Shown here: positions 1-16,105 of the stretch, piece by piece
Numbering within the stretch: position 1 is the stretch's first letter
Layout: each line of letters opens with the position of its first letter
Origin: Mytilus edulis
Lineage: Eukaryota
DNA: 64,000 nucleotides
NCBI RefSeq assembly: GCF_963676685.1
Contig: NC_092351.1
Span: forward strand, 13,268,001-13,332,000
Direction: 5' to 3'
Notes under the pieces: generated by a model
Seen by the model: only the letters and a program-made list of their open reading frames with translations
What the model was told of the DNA's origin: nothing
The model's database searches: none
Position numbers and translations under genes: made by a program

Positions 1-313
1 CACAACAAATGTGAATCCAGGGAAAAGCATATGACCCCGACCGGTTCTCTGTCGTAAAAGACCATTAACATCCGCTTCAATTTGAAGTAACATTTCAGGA
101 GTTTCACTTATAAAAGGAATATCGGGGTTGCTTGCAAAACAAGTGACCAACACATCTCTCCCAGTCCAAAAGTGTACCTCATTGCCTATAATATTTCCCT
201 GATTGTAAAAGATTGGTCGTTGATCAAGCTAGGACTACCAGGGTAAGAATCATACGACGAGTGAAATGTGTATTATCTGTTGGAGTCTGCATCAGGGCAG
301 GTAAAGCTGCCAT
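1..313 (-). other. Coding-like fragment of unknown origin inside the ADH intron, running off the left edge
   Basis: Higher GC than its surroundings. Reads MAALPALMQTPTDNTHFTRRMILTPG, then after a frameshift or splice LDQRPIFYNQGNIIGNEVHFWTGRDVLVTCFASNPDIPFISETPEMLLQIEADVNGLLRQRTGRGHMLFPGFTFVV. No family recognised. Confidence 0.3.
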
Positions 314-869
314 GATGGTAAACCTGTGTTCTTCATAAGGAGGAAAATAAAATAAATGCGTGAAATACACTTATAATTTATTAATTTTCCGTATTAATAG
401 TTTCAATCGCTTTAAAAAATCAAGCGGTATATTGTAAAAAGGTGTCGTTCGTCTTTTATACGATAACACTTTTGTATCTATACAAACAAATGCTTCCTAA
501 ACGACTTAAATAGTGAATGTTTGTTTTAACAAAAACGTTCAAATCTTGCCAAATAATATAAACGGTATTTTTATACTGTTTTTGACGTGTTTTTGACGTA
601 GTAAATAACGCGTTGGCGATTTTTTTTTAAATAGCAGCTTATAATTTATTCCTAATGAAATATGAAAATATCTCGTTATAAATGATGTGTTATGTGTTTG
701 ATTAAGATTCGGATCCACTTAATATTCGTGTGCATTCAAATATCTATACAAGCAAAGAGCATTTAAGTCAAGAATGAAGTAATATAATTTTATGTGATTA
801 CATATTACTAATTTATCATGTTTATATTTAAAGAAATATAAAAAAAAATCATCGTTTAAGAAAATTGTT

Positions 870-1085
870 TGACTTGCACTAAATCTTGATGTGCATGGGT
901 TCACATACATCTGTGTACTTAAAAAAAAACCAATTTGGATGCTTTGATGTGCAATAAATCTAAAATTGGGTTCACAGCTAGCATCCGTGTAGTTTAAAAG
1001 ACAACTTACGTGCTTTGACTTGCAATAAATCTAAATTTGGGTTCACAGACATCCGCGTACTTTAAAAGACAACTTGGGTGCTTTA
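870..1085. repeat. Degenerate ~70-75 bp tandem repeat, ~3 copies
   Basis: Recurring tgcaataaatctaaa..tgggttcaca..catccgtgtactttaaaagacaact. Confidence 0.6.
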
Positions 1086-2283
1086 AGAATATTTAAACGA
1101 AATTCTTGGGGATCTATACTTTGAAATGCTTGATCTAATTTAAAATGTATATGTTTAATGCAACTCAAGTTACTTTTATTTTTTTTTAAAAGAAAACGAT
1201 GAAAAGGGGCATTTAGAACCCATAAATCAAGAACAAAAAAAAAGACCCCACCGTGGGCAAAATTAAAACGACGAAAATACAAATAAAAGTCCACAAAAAC
1301 TCCACAAAGAAAACATATTGTTCATTTCTCGATGACGATAAAAAAAATCAACTGATTTTGACGAATCATGATATATGTTTTCCAATTATTATAACCGTTA
1401 CGGTAACGTTTTAAATTAAATGATTGACACCTCTGACAAATAAGGATAATTTGACAAACCACAATAAGGCATTTCAACCATCTTGAAAGATATTTGTTTT
1501 TCGTAAATTGTTTTGTTATAAATAAGGCCGTTAGTTTTCTCAATTGAAATGTTTCATATTTTTCATGTAGGGGCCTTTTATAGCTGACTATATGGTATTG
1601 GTTGATGATGAAGGTTGTACCTACAGTTACCTATAGTTGCTTCCATCCACCTCATTTAAATTTTGATGGATAGTTGTCTCATTGGCAATCATACCACATC
1701 TCCTTATTTATATAACAAAAATGTTTCATATCATGGTAGGATCAGAAAAATATATTTCTTCAAATTACCGGACGTTACAATAAGAAGCATGACGGATGAC
1801 AATAGTGAGGTAGAAACTACTAAACGAGCCGGAGCACAAATTCTGTAAAGACCAAAACCCAAACTTTACTATCAGGATGTATAAATACGCACACACGTCC
1901 GATTGACATCCAATGACACGTTTGAAGAGAGTACCATGTCATCAGCACGTCAACGAACTCTTGCAAAAAAATTCTTGTAGGTACATGTATTTGTTAGTGA
2001 CTTATTACAAGACAAAATGCCTACTATCTGATATATTCATGAATATTCATGAGTAAGAGAGTATTATACGTAGCACGTTCTGTGATTTGGAATCCTTGCA
2101 ATAATGCTTTTAGGGGTTCGTAAATGAGCTACATTGTATCGCCAAAACTATATTTCTGATCATCCAAACTGCCAATTCTCTCCAATGGTACTAGTTTTAA
2201 TCAGACCCCTTTCAGCTTTCGCATTTCATCACGGTCGATCTGCTTTTTAATACATGTACATGCACCATTCTTCTTCGTGTTTA

Positions 2284-4219
<1,936 letters not shown>

Positions 4220-5486
4220 GGCTTCAATTTGTGTTTACGTCAAATGTTAGCATGAAATCCAATATAAAAGCTTGACCTTCAAAAATTGAGGTTTTGAATT
4301 ACTTTTTTAAATGTATCATTGTACTTTAAATGTATTGAAACGAAAAAATAAAATAAACATTTTTATGGTTGACATCATTTAAACTAAAACTTCCGAATAG
4401 CTTCATAAATTATAACTCACATGGTGTTTTTGCAAATTATATTTGTGTTGAAATAAGATGGATTTTCCAAGCATGTTAATAGTATTATAATATGTAACTT
4501 TAAATGACAGAGTGGTTGGACAATAGTCCTTTCATCTGTTTTCAGGAATGGTGAGATAGGTTTGCTGGAGTTTTGGACGAAGCAATTCCGAAGAAAATCC
4601 CTATGATACTGATTATGTCCTAATAATTAAGTCCGCTATTTATACATAAATCAAATGGCAAGCTTAACAACTTAAAAAAAAATATACCCAAAGAAATCGA
4701 AAGGGAAAGCAAAAGGGGAAAATGTATAATTACAAATTATTTTTCTATGTGCTACAATTTATAAAAAAGAAGGATCCGTAATAAAACAGATGGACTGTGT
4801 AAATAAATTTTAACCGCTAGTTTGCTTTAAATAAGAAATAAAACAGCAATATACACCCTTCATTATATACATGTACCTCGTAAACAAACTGTCCCCATCT
4901 GGCAAAACTTAAATTGAATTCAAACATTGGCGGCTCGATTGGCGGGGTAGTTTTCACAGCAGACATACAGTAAGAAAGTCAAACTCGATAAATTAAAAAG
5001 AAGACTTTGGAGTGAATTACAAGAATATAAAATCTTTTGAAATATGACTACTGTTTCCTTGACTCCCAGTTTACCAAATATTTTGAGCTCTATGGTGTTC
5101 GCCCCTTCCTTCCGCCCCCTCTTTAATGAATTTTAGGGATAGTTAAATTTTAAATTGAATATATAATGCATTTATTTACAAAACGTTTTGTGCTCTTTGA
5201 AATTAAAAAAAATCTAACGATACGTTTAATTAAACCATAGCAGAGTCTCGATCTATTATACATGTTATAAAAGTGTGCATGTATATTAATTTGTAAATAG
5301 TTTTGCTACATTAATCATGTTAAAATTCGACAAAGGCTTGAATACGCATCTTTTTTACTTTTACATCAACTAAAATTTATAAAATACTTAACTGACCTCT
5401 TTAAGAATATGCAAAGTCAACTGCAATTATATATATAATTTATACTGTGTATACGCTATCCGTACCAGCAATTTGTGTGTACTTAC

Positions 5487-5560
5487 CGGTAAAGAGAGCA
5501 CTTAAGAGGGTGTTCATGTTCCAAAACGTTGGAACCAATCAGATTATTATTTACTTTATA
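5487..5560 (-). promoter_or_regulatory. Putative ADH core promoter and non-coding first exon
   Basis: Minus-strand TATAAA at 5560-5555; strong donor CCG|GTAAGT at 5487/5486; plausible acceptor tttttgaAG at 4278-4277 feeding the ATG exon. Inferred without transcript data. Confidence 0.45.
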
Positions 5561-6790
5561 AGCGTTGGTTTGATTCGTTGGGGGTGTGTCTTATAAATGT
5601 ATGACGAGTAGCCTCTGTATGAAGCATTGATCTCCTATGTGAAGGCATAGAAAGTGTACTATGGCGACCCGATGGCGGTAACAGAGAACAACAAAAACTA
5701 TTTTGTAGCTTAATGCATGCAATACAACCTATCTGTCTGGTATTGGTAATACTTCTTTTTACCCATTCATGTAAAACATACTCTTTTTTGTCAAATAACA
5801 CTTGAAATTAAATGAAGTTGCGGTGCATCGAAGGATCCAGCCTTCGGGGGACCGACTCCTGTCGTCCTGGTCGAAAATCGTCAAATTATTTTGATTGCTA
5901 CCGAAAGAATATTCTTGTCATCTGTTTCACTAATAATATCTTAGAAATTAGGTGACTTACATGATGTCATTATACTCCTTCAAATGTCTTTAAATTTAAA
6001 TGTCTTCTTATTTAAATTATTCAAAGGCCTTCAAATGCGGAACTAAATTCAATGAAATATTATGGGGGAGGGGTATCCAACCAGGTATCGGGATCGTTTG
6101 CCCTAGGTTCATTGCACGGAGTTTCTTCTCCCTGATACAGAGATCTCCATGGATGAAAATTGAACGATGGAGGAACTTTCACAATCATAAAATGTATCTA
6201 CACCGTACAGTGTAACGCGATCGAAAGTATTTCATCCCTCCATATAAGGATAGGTGAACATGCTAATTCATTGCTTATTTAAATTATATTTATTTGAATT
6301 TTCATTATAAATACTATATATAGAAGTACATGTATATATTTTTTCAATAATTGCCGTTTGTAACCCTTCAAAGGCCAAGCCCTCATGCCCCCTCCATTTA
6401 CCTTAGTCGAGCATGACCAATAGCTATCACGAAGGTCCCCATGTAGTTTTCTTGCTACTTTCGGTAATTGTTAAAAATCATGTGGAGCTTATTTTTTACG
6501 GACACTCAAATTCAGAAGTCATGAACCCATTACCGGTATGGCTGGTTTGCAGCAACGACAAAACGAGTAGTACGGGTAAAAGGGTCCGGTTATGTAAAAG
6601 GTTAAAAAGATTTGTAAAGCAAACGTTGTCAAATGAAAAGGTTTTTAATTACTTTATCTAGCAAATCCATGCTATGCAACATGCATCTTTCGAGTTTAAA
6701 TAGAAACCGGAAATGCGGATATTTCAATTTGATTGTAAACTACAAAATGAATTTGGAACTACGATACAATATTTCTTTGCAGGAAATTAA

Positions 6791-7474
6791 AGGGGCACTA
6801 GCTACGAGATATATAAAAAATCTAAAGTTTGATTTTTTTGGTTCAATCAATAATGAAAGTGAAATAGTGAAATAACAATTTGCTTTTTGCAGCCAAAAAG
6901 GTTAAATTTTGTCAAATTACGCTAAGAAACATTGATAATTAGTAATTCACTTGCAAGTGAATGAGTCGACCTCTTTTTAATCCGTATTCATGTGAACTTC
7001 AATTTAACCCCATGCTAGAGATTGACAACTAATGCATTGTACGTGTACTGGTTATTTAAAGAAAAAGAATGTCAACAATAAAAGTGAAACTACGGTAAAT
7101 CATTTGATTATTAATTCGATGCACATAAAATCATTCATATACGGTTAAAAGCAATGAGAACCATCTATTTTTAATCTATAAAATAAAATCAAACACACCT
7201 ATAAAAATCTAATTGCACGTGTTGTTTTAATCTTTTCATATCTTTATTTATGTTTACATCGCTTATATGGTCATATTAGGTCAAATCGATAGTTAATTAG
7301 ATGGCGTCTGGACTAAAATACACACGAAACGAATCTAAATATTATCTACCCCATGCTCTGTTAACTGTTTATTTTAGACTTTTGATAGTTTGGATAAATG
7401 TTTTACATAGTTATAAATCAAATATGAGAATTTGAGTCAAATCGGTGACCATGAATTTGACAGCTAATGCCCCT
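6791..7474. mobile_element. Kolobok-type non-autonomous DNA transposon (second copy at 49488-50171)
   Basis: TTAA|AGGGGCACTAGCT ... AGCTAATGCCCCT|TTAA: TTAA target site duplication (TSD), RR termini, short TIR. Confidence 0.85.
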
Positions 7475-7869
7475 TTAAAAGTTTTTACTTTTTAACTTTT
7501 AAAGTAATTCTATATTATCGTTACAATACCGCAGTACTCGAGTTATTTGCAATGAAATAATAATTACTGTTTTACGTCTTATTTTGTACTTCTTAAAAAG
7601 GGGGATGCTGATAGCGTAACTAAGTCAAAATAAAAGCATGTGATAGTCCGTTCGCCCTATTTTCATGTATGATATGTATATGATACATTAATGAACGAGA
7701 TATATATATTTTATATCCATTAAAATTAAATACAGAATACTTGCTAAATTTATATAAATTAAATAAAATTCTTGGCTGCATTGTTACACTTTAATTTATA
7801 ATTAAATTCTGAGAAACTTATTTCCTAGTAAGGTAATTGCATACAGATACAAACTTAGTCATCAATGAA

Positions 7870-8565
7870 TTGTCATGTCATGGTTTCTTTTATACACATT
7901 AAACATGCCACCAAGGACCTATACATACAATTTATGTTATTAACACATCATGGACCATAATAAAACAGAAGACCTATGTAGCTATTATCAACACATCATG
8001 GGCTCTTAAACTACAATGAAACAGAAGACCATGGATCAATTAGACACACCATAATCTCTTTTATACATATAACCCATGAGACCATGGACTTATAATTAAC
8101 ACATCTATTAACACATGACACCATAGACATAATTCATGTTATTAACACATCATGGACTCTTATACCACAATAAAGATAGACCCTGGACCAATTAGACTCA
8201 AAAACATGCCATGGTCTCATATTACGCATATTACACATGAGACCAAGGACCTATTCATGTACATGCTATATATCTGTCATAAGCATATCATTTAAACCAC
8301 AAATAAACATAAGATCCTGGACCACACAAAACTGTAAATGGCATGCCATGGTCTCATTAATGCATATTACACGTGAGACCTTGGACCTAAACATATCTCG
8401 GACTTTTAAACCACAAAGAAACATGAGACTAAGGACCAAATAGACAGTAAATAACATGCTATGGTCTCATTAATACATATTACACATGAGACCATGGACC
8501 TATAAATCTGTAAATAACACTTCATAGACTCTTATACCACAAAGAAACAAGACCATGGACCATTA
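7870..8565. repeat. Degenerate minisatellite built of catgagaccatggacc / catggtctcat motifs (copy at 50567-51262)
   Basis: Repeated motifs with an irregular ~115-140 bp period. Confidence 0.6.
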
Positions 8566-9659
8566 GTCTGTTTTCCAATTCCTGTAATTAGAGACTACTT
8601 TTTTGGTTGCCTCCCTTAGGAGTATATTAATGTTTAATGGCAATGGAGATCTAGTAGAAAAAGCAAACATATCTGTGCATTTTGTGGGTAACCATTAAGT
8701 TTTTCGATTCATTTAAAAACATTTAACTCTGTGTTAAGCTAAATACTTTTTATAGATTTTAAATTTGTTAAAACGTTAATATATCACTTTCAACTTAAGC
8801 TGAGTGGTCAAATACCAGATTACGATTGACCAAGGGAAGTTATTTGTTTAAAAAGTGTGTAGTTACAGAATCAAATTGGTAATTGGTAAAGGAATTGTTT
8901 TACATTAAAAAAAATAATGATGTAAAACATGTAGTAGACTGTAAAAAATAAAAAATTATATCAATTATTTGAATGATAGCTAACAATAGTTCTTACAAAG
9001 GATACTATAATTATGATACAGTACACTTCAATTTATGATATGTAATAAGCAAGTCTTTACCTGTTTGATATATATATGTATTCATATATATTTAACATGC
9101 TATATATGTTATAATATCATTTTACTTTTATTCCAGTCTGAAAATAATTATACAAGCTGCATCATTTTTCTAATTCTGTAAAGATTTCAGAGATGTCAAT
9201 TTCCCAAGTGTTGAAAAGAAAACTGTAATGTTTTGTGTATTTAGTTCTTTAAGATTCTATTTTGACTTAAATTTAGTAACTTTACATAGTCAGTCAAGCC
9301 AATTAAAATGTTTTAGTCCTATATGTGTGTAAACTTTAATTTGTGCATATTTATTTACATATTATTTTTCATAAAATGGAAATAATAGATAAACAGTATC
9401 AATATAGAAGATCACATGAGTAGTAGATAAATCATGGTGATGGTTATAGTATGAGAGAGAGAAAAATCTGTTGAGTTAGAGATTATATATTTAAAAAATT
9501 AAAGTTGTCTCTAGTTATCCTACATTATGCTACTTAGTACATGTAGTATATTCATAGTGTATTTTATATGGAATATTGATCACTGTTTAAATTTATTTTA
9601 AATGCTTTCAAAATTCAAAATAACTTATTACAGGTATTTTACAGTTATTCAAATATTAT

Positions 9660-9945
9660 TTTTATGCCCCATTTATGGGCATTATGTTTTCTGGTCTGTG
9701 CATCCGTCTGTTCGTTTGTCCATTCGTCTATCTGTCCCACTTCAGGTTAAAGTTTTTGGTAGAGGTAGTTTTTAATGAAGCTGAAGTCCAATCAACTTGA
9801 AACTTAGTATGCATGTTCCATTTGATATGATCTTTCTAATTTTAATGCCAAGTAAGAGATTATCCCCCATTTTCACGCTCCGCTGAACATAGTAAATGAT
9901 AGTGCCCAGGGGCATCCGTGTACTGGGGACACATTCTTGTTTTTT
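9660..9945 (+). mobile_element. Helentron-associated non-autonomous element (HINE/DINE-1-like); partial relative at ~13652-13750
   Basis: T-rich insertion site, 5' tttatgcccc..gggcat stem, (ccgt/tctg)n microsatellite, 3' gggcatccgtgtactggggacacattcttgttt. Confidence 0.65.
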
Positions 9946-10704
9946 ATAAATGTAAAAAGTGTTTTTTTCTTATATAATTTTCCTTAGTATCGCTCTTGAT
10001 TACTTGAATTTAGTATGTTATACTTTTAGGTGGAGAATTTCAAAGATGAATATCCAGAATATGCTATTATTTGTATGGCTGTTGTTAATAATGCCATTGT
10101 GCATGTTGTATCAACTGGTATGTATCTGTAATCATACATTTGAGACATTTTTTCTCTGATTAACTTTTATCATGCCATGTCTTAAACAAATATTACCACA
10201 TGTATTATTACATTTAATGGACTTATTAACCATAGTAAAAGTAACCAACCCTGAAAAAATATTGATAGATTATTGAAGGGTCTCCAATTAAGAGTTTCTC
10301 TGCAAAAATCTCATGAAAGACAAACAAACATCCGCTTGTTAGAAAGATCTATTTTAGAGTTAAAATATGATAAATGAAATAGACATATATATGGTCAATT
10401 TTTAAATGTAATAATTTCAGTAGACCTGTGCTATTTATAAATTCAACTTTCTTTTTTTTAAATTTTACATTTTAATACATTTGTACTTTTAAAAGAGTTT
10501 CTTTGCTTTTCGAGTATTAACTTATTAAACTGAGATAGATTTAAACAGCAAATGTTGATATATTGAAAAGATATATATGTTTTTTGTATTATATTCAGGT
10601 TCAGTACAGATGAAGTTTATGTTGGTTCAAAATTAGCATGTAACAAAGACGTACAAAGATATACTTCTTGGCATGCAGTTTAATGGTAAACCTACAGAAT
10701 ATAT

Positions 10705-10882
10705 AAAAAAGAAGATGTGGTATGATTGCCAATTAGACAACTATCCACAAAAGACCAAAATGACACAGACATTAACAATTATAGGTCACTGTACGGCCTT
10801 CAACAATGAGCAAAGCCCATACCCGCATAGTCAGCTATAAAAGGCCCCGATATGACAATGTAAAACAATTCAAACGAGAAAA
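10705..10882 (+). mobile_element. Abundant short interspersed repeat (aagaagatgtggtatgattgccaatgagacaact family); other copies at ~1480-1710, 14780-14990, 19994-20140, 31755-32205, 32265-32490 and 44615-44902
   Basis: Multiple diverged copies on both strands within the window. Confidence 0.75.
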
Positions 10883-13800
10883 CCAACTAATATGTTTATA
10901 TTACATATCCTTCTTCATGCATATTTTTTTCCTTTTGTTCTGCTTCACATTTTTATTCTTCCACATAAGTTATGTTTCACTGTTCAACTACTGGACCCAT
11001 TTTAAGCAATTAGCTTGATTTTACTGCATAATGTACACATGGGTACATGTTGCAATATCTCAAATATAGAAAAATAGATGTATTAATATTTATGGTTAGT
11101 GAAATGAGTCTTTTTAGTTGAAGGGAAAACCAAGTGGCATATTGTAATTAGAGCTGTTAAACCATAGTTTTATGATACTGATACAGTGCTTGTTTTTCAG
11201 AGGCAGACAAAACTCCAGATCAGGCTGCAGACAATAATATTGTATCAATACCATACTCTTCTGTGCTGGAAACTAACGTCTATGATTTGCATGTTGGCAT
11301 CATGAGAACTCCGATATCCAAATCAGCTAAACCAATCACTTCTCTATCTAGTATGACACAATTTATTTTTATGTATTTTCTTTTTTTTAATATTAATAAT
11401 GTATGGTTTTCATTGTTATATCCTTGTAACTTGAAAACATTTTTAAATAGCACATTTTTAATGGTTTACCATTATAACTTACATGACTTACTGATAGGAT
11501 GTTATAACTTTCTATTTAACCTCGATAAAGGGGGATATGATGCAGCTTATTGGCTTGCCTGTTTTCATGACATTTTTTGCACTTGGTTGCAGTTTATATA
11601 CATTCTAGGATTGAAAGCCTTTGGCTTAGAAAACATCAGCATAATGACCCATATCTTTTCCCTTTGGTATTTAATCCTTTGTAATGTTTTGCCTATATTT
11701 CTGATATTTACATATTTCTTTTTAAGATACAGGCTCTTTGGGTTTAATTGTTCTTTTAGAATTGGTCTATTCCATGGGCATAATCTTTTGATAGACAGTG
11801 TTACAAATAATACTCATTATTTTACTTATCTTTTACACCATCAACTTTTGTAGTCACATCAATCAGTCGTAATGCAAATTGCTATTGAATATCTTTTAGT
11901 ATATAAATGGTACTGAAGAAGAATGTGTAGAAACTGTCAACCATGATCCAATAGAGCCTTAGAAAATATGAGAAGGGGACAAGGAAATGCAGGAGACGGA
12001 TGAAGAACAAGGGGGCATAATTTTTCAAGACAGGACAGGAGAAAGGGCAAGAACCAGAGGGGTAAACACATGTTCGATATGAAGATAATTCAATACAGGT
12101 TGTTTTTTTATGTCTGTCTAGGTTAAGGAACTTTTATTTTTTCATAAATAATTAAAGTTATTCATTGTATGTATTTCAAAGAGACCAAATGATATAGTAG
12201 TTAACAACAGTTCACTTTTCTATCTCCAACAATGAGCAAAACCCATTACACTTATCCAGCCATGACAGTCCCTGAAATTACAAATGATAAACATAAAATT
12301 CCTGTACAAAACAATATACAAATATAATATCAGAAGACAACCAATGAATTACACTGGATTTGTCCTTTTTTTCTGTTGTACTAATAGGAGAAATAGAGGT
12401 AATATCGAAATAAAAAAAGAACTTAATTACATAAATCGCTTAAATTTTTAAATTATTTGGTTTGTGTACAGCTTATTTGAAAACAATAATAAAAAATATA
12501 GGTCACCGATGAGTTAAAAAAGAAATTTCAGTTTTATTGCCAAAAAATGCATTTTTGCATCAAAGGGAGATTATTTGGAGCTTTTTCAATGAAATAGATA
12601 TTTTAAAAGTCATCTGGGGCCAAACCTAATCAATTTTTTTTTATTAAATTTTGTACCATATCATAAAGTTATAACTAATAGTGTAATAAATAAAATTTGT
12701 AATGAGAAAGACAAATGTTTATTTTTTCTCTTAACCAAATACAGTCGTAACATTTCTTAGCGAAACGTGATCGGTTTTATAGAATATTTCAGATGAGATC
12801 ATAGTTTAATAATTCAAACCCAATTTCATAGAAATTTCGTGATGACGACCCTTTGATTATCTTTAAAGTTAACCTGGTCATACTTTAATTTAGTTTCTTT
12901 TTTGGGGGGTTTACAGTTAGATGGACGGATAGATCATGATCTTGAAGGGAATTTGGTAATACCCTAAGATGATGTTGTGAAGCTGTTACCTCATCATATA
13001 GCCGAATGTTTATTCTGAAGGTATATATTGTATCACAATAAAGGAGTATTTCTAAACAGATTGGTTTCCTAATGTCATCTTAAATGTAAGTAGTGGGTAC
13101 CAAACGACAATTTAAAATTTTGATCTGAATTGTTGTTACGCTATATGACACACAACGTGTTAAAACATACTGATTTGCTCACATACAATTTTGAATATGG
13201 TTGACCAAAGTTCATCAAATGACAATAATAAGACATTATAATGAATATCCTTTTCACGTATAAATTTTTGTACCCGCGAGCCTCCTTAAGTGTTAAATTT
13301 TTATCCTTTTAGAATAAGTTTATTTAATAATTGATAACTTTACTCAGAGCAAACTTATTGTTTAAAGCTTGGTTAACAACATGATACAGAAAATCTAATG
13401 AACTGTCAAATTATTTTTAAAGAAGTCTTTAACTGTTACAGCAACAGGAGATATCTGTACAGAAAAAAGAAGCTGTAAATTGGCCATTTAAAACATAAAT
13501 GTTGGGTACATGCAAAAAAAATACCATTAACACAAAACAAATGATTGATTGATTGAAAATTTGTTGCTAAACATCCAGTGGTGAATATTTCATGCATGTT
13601 CAGGATGACATAATAAATTACAAATATATTAAAGGAAATATGTCTGAAATGTTTTTATGTCCCACCTACGATAGTAGAGGGGCATTATGTTTTCTGGTCT
13701 GTGCGTCCTTCCATCCGTCTGTTCGTTTGTTCGTCTGTCCATCCATCCCTTCATCTAGTAGGTATATAATTTGAGTTGATAACATGCATGTAACTGCAGA

Positions 13801-15056
13801 TTTTAAAATAATTTTTCATAGCCTACATTAAATCATGCATTAAGATAGAACTACATCCTTGTTTATTTTGCTTTGTTTATAGTTAATATTCTTTGGAAAT
13901 CGGGTATTATTAGAGATGTCTTTTTTTTTTTTTAGGTATAAAGACTGTATACCACTTTCCATAGGGGAATGAACAGCTTACCAGTTCACAGCAAATGAAA
14001 GTTGCATTTATAATGCAGTGTCCATTATCCTCTATAGAAATGAAGATACGGCTGTGGTACTGAAGCTGGCTGAAGTGTTGAAAATGGTGGATAATATGGT
14101 ACCATTTCCAAAATATGTAAGAATACAATATATGTTTTTTGTATTTTCCTTTATTTTATACCCTTCTATTACAGATAGAAAATAGAATTGTTTGTTGCTC
14201 CTTCATAAATCTTATGACTGGAAACATTTGTTTGCTGAACAGTTCTCTTAAATTGTTAAATCATATAAAGCAAGTATAAAATTCAACATTAAGACCTGTT
14301 TATTTAAAAATATTTATAATTGCAATTTACAATCCATTCATATGATCACAATCTGGTGCTTCAATCAATTTCACTATAATGTAGTATGATAAAAGAGTAG
14401 CACATAAGTATACAAATGTAAACCAAAAGGATATGCATAAAAAAATTATGTAAATCACAGATTACCATTAAGGGGTTATCTATGCTTGGCAATATTAATT
14501 TTTTTTTTTTTGCCTGTAGAAAGGTATATTTATTCTTATGGTATTATTGTAATATTTCTCTAAGATTGTAGAAGAATTCAAAGAGAAAACTGACCTGTGG
14601 GTTAAATCTACCCTGCAGCAGGTGATTGCAGCCTCGACAGCAGAGGAAGTAGAGTATGGATGCAGAAAAGAGCTGGTCTCGACTATTCAATATCCATACA
14701 CTACAGGGACCCGAATAGTATAAAGTTTCTCAAAATAATTTTTATGATTTAAAAGTTTAAAAAATATATTAATATGAAAATGAGGAAATGTGGTATGATT
14801 TCCAATGAGATTACTCTCCACAAAAGACAAAATTACACATTTATTTAACAACTACAGGTCCCAGCCTAATCTTCAACATTAAGTACAGTCCATATTGCAT
14901 AATGGGCTATAAAAGCTCCAAAATGACAAATCTAAAACCATTCAAACAAGAAAACTTACAGCCTGATTTATGTACAAAATAATGAATGAAAAATGCACAT
15001 ATTTCCTTAAAACAAATAGTTATAGTTCTGTTCTGTATATGATTACTGGTCAACTT

Positions 15057-16105
15057 CTTTTGTCAAGCCTTCGACTTCAGTCGAAAAAGCGAGACTAAGC
15101 GATCCTACAATCCGTCGTCGTCGGCGGCGTCCACAAATATTCACTCTGTGGTTAAAGTTTTTGAAATTTTAATAACTTTCTTAAACTATACTGAATTTCT
15201 ACCAAACTTGGACAGAAGCTTGTTTATGATCATAAGAAAGTATCCAGAAGTAAATTTTGTAAAAATAAAATTCTATTTTTTCCGTATTTACTTTTAAATG
15301 GACTTAGTTTTTCTGAGAGGAAACATTACATTCACTCTGTGGTTAAAGTTTTTAAATTTTAATAACTTTCATAAACTATCCTTGATTTGTACCAAACTTG
15401 GACAGAAGCTTGTTTATGATCATAAGATAGTATCAAGAAGAAAATTTTGTGAAAATAAATTTCCACTTTTCCGTATTTTACTTATAAATGGACTTAGTTT
15501 TTCTGCGAGGAAACATTACATTCACTCTGTGGTTAAAGTTTTTAAAATTTTAATAACTTTCATAAACTATCCTTGATTTGTACCAAACTTGGACAGAAGC
15601 TTGTTTATGATCATAAGATAGAATCAAGAAGAAAATTTTGTAAAAATAAATTTCCACTTTTCCGTATTTTACTTATAAATGGACTTAGATTTTTTGCCAG
15701 AAACAAAACATTCACTCTGTGGTTTAAGTTTTTAAAATTTTTATAATGTTCTTAAACTATCCTGGATTTCTACCAAACTTTGACAAAATATTGTTTCTGA
15801 TCATAAGATATTATTCAGAAGTAAATTTTGTAAAAAAAAATTTCACTTTTTCTGTATTTTACTTATAAATGGACTTAGTTTTTCTTCCAGTTAACATTAC
15901 ATACAGTCTGCAGTTAAAGTTTATAAAACATTTATTAGATTCATAAACTATCCTGGATTTTTTATCAAACTTGGAAGCTTCTTTCAATCAAAAGACAGTA
16001 TCGAGAGGGAAATTTTTATTGATGTTTTTCCTCATTTTTGTTGAGTCTGCGATTAACAGCAAAAGTAGGCGGGACACTGGGTTCTGTGGAACCCTTACGA
16101 ATTTT
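15057..16105 (+). mobile_element. Helentron-associated non-autonomous element with an internal ~190-bp tandem array (~4.5 units); copy at 57754-58802
   Basis: Units start at 15141, 15332, 15522 and 15712; (gtc/ggc)n microsatellite near the 5' end; 3' hairpin gggttctgtggaaccc; T-rich flanks. Confidence 0.8.

Noticed and set aside
5502-5520. TTAA|GAGGG as the left end of a giant piggyBac/Kolobok element equal to the duplicated block
   Set aside because: Copy 2 is not preceded by TTAA, I found no inverted partner (GAACACCCTC) in the window, and the junction is better explained by the adjacent TIR. Not fully excluded without the downstream sequence.
11263-11853. 196-aa hydrophobic ORF (and its copy at 53960-54550) as a membrane protein
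   Set aside because: Only the first ~29 codons overlap a spliced exon; the rest is T-rich intron read-through.
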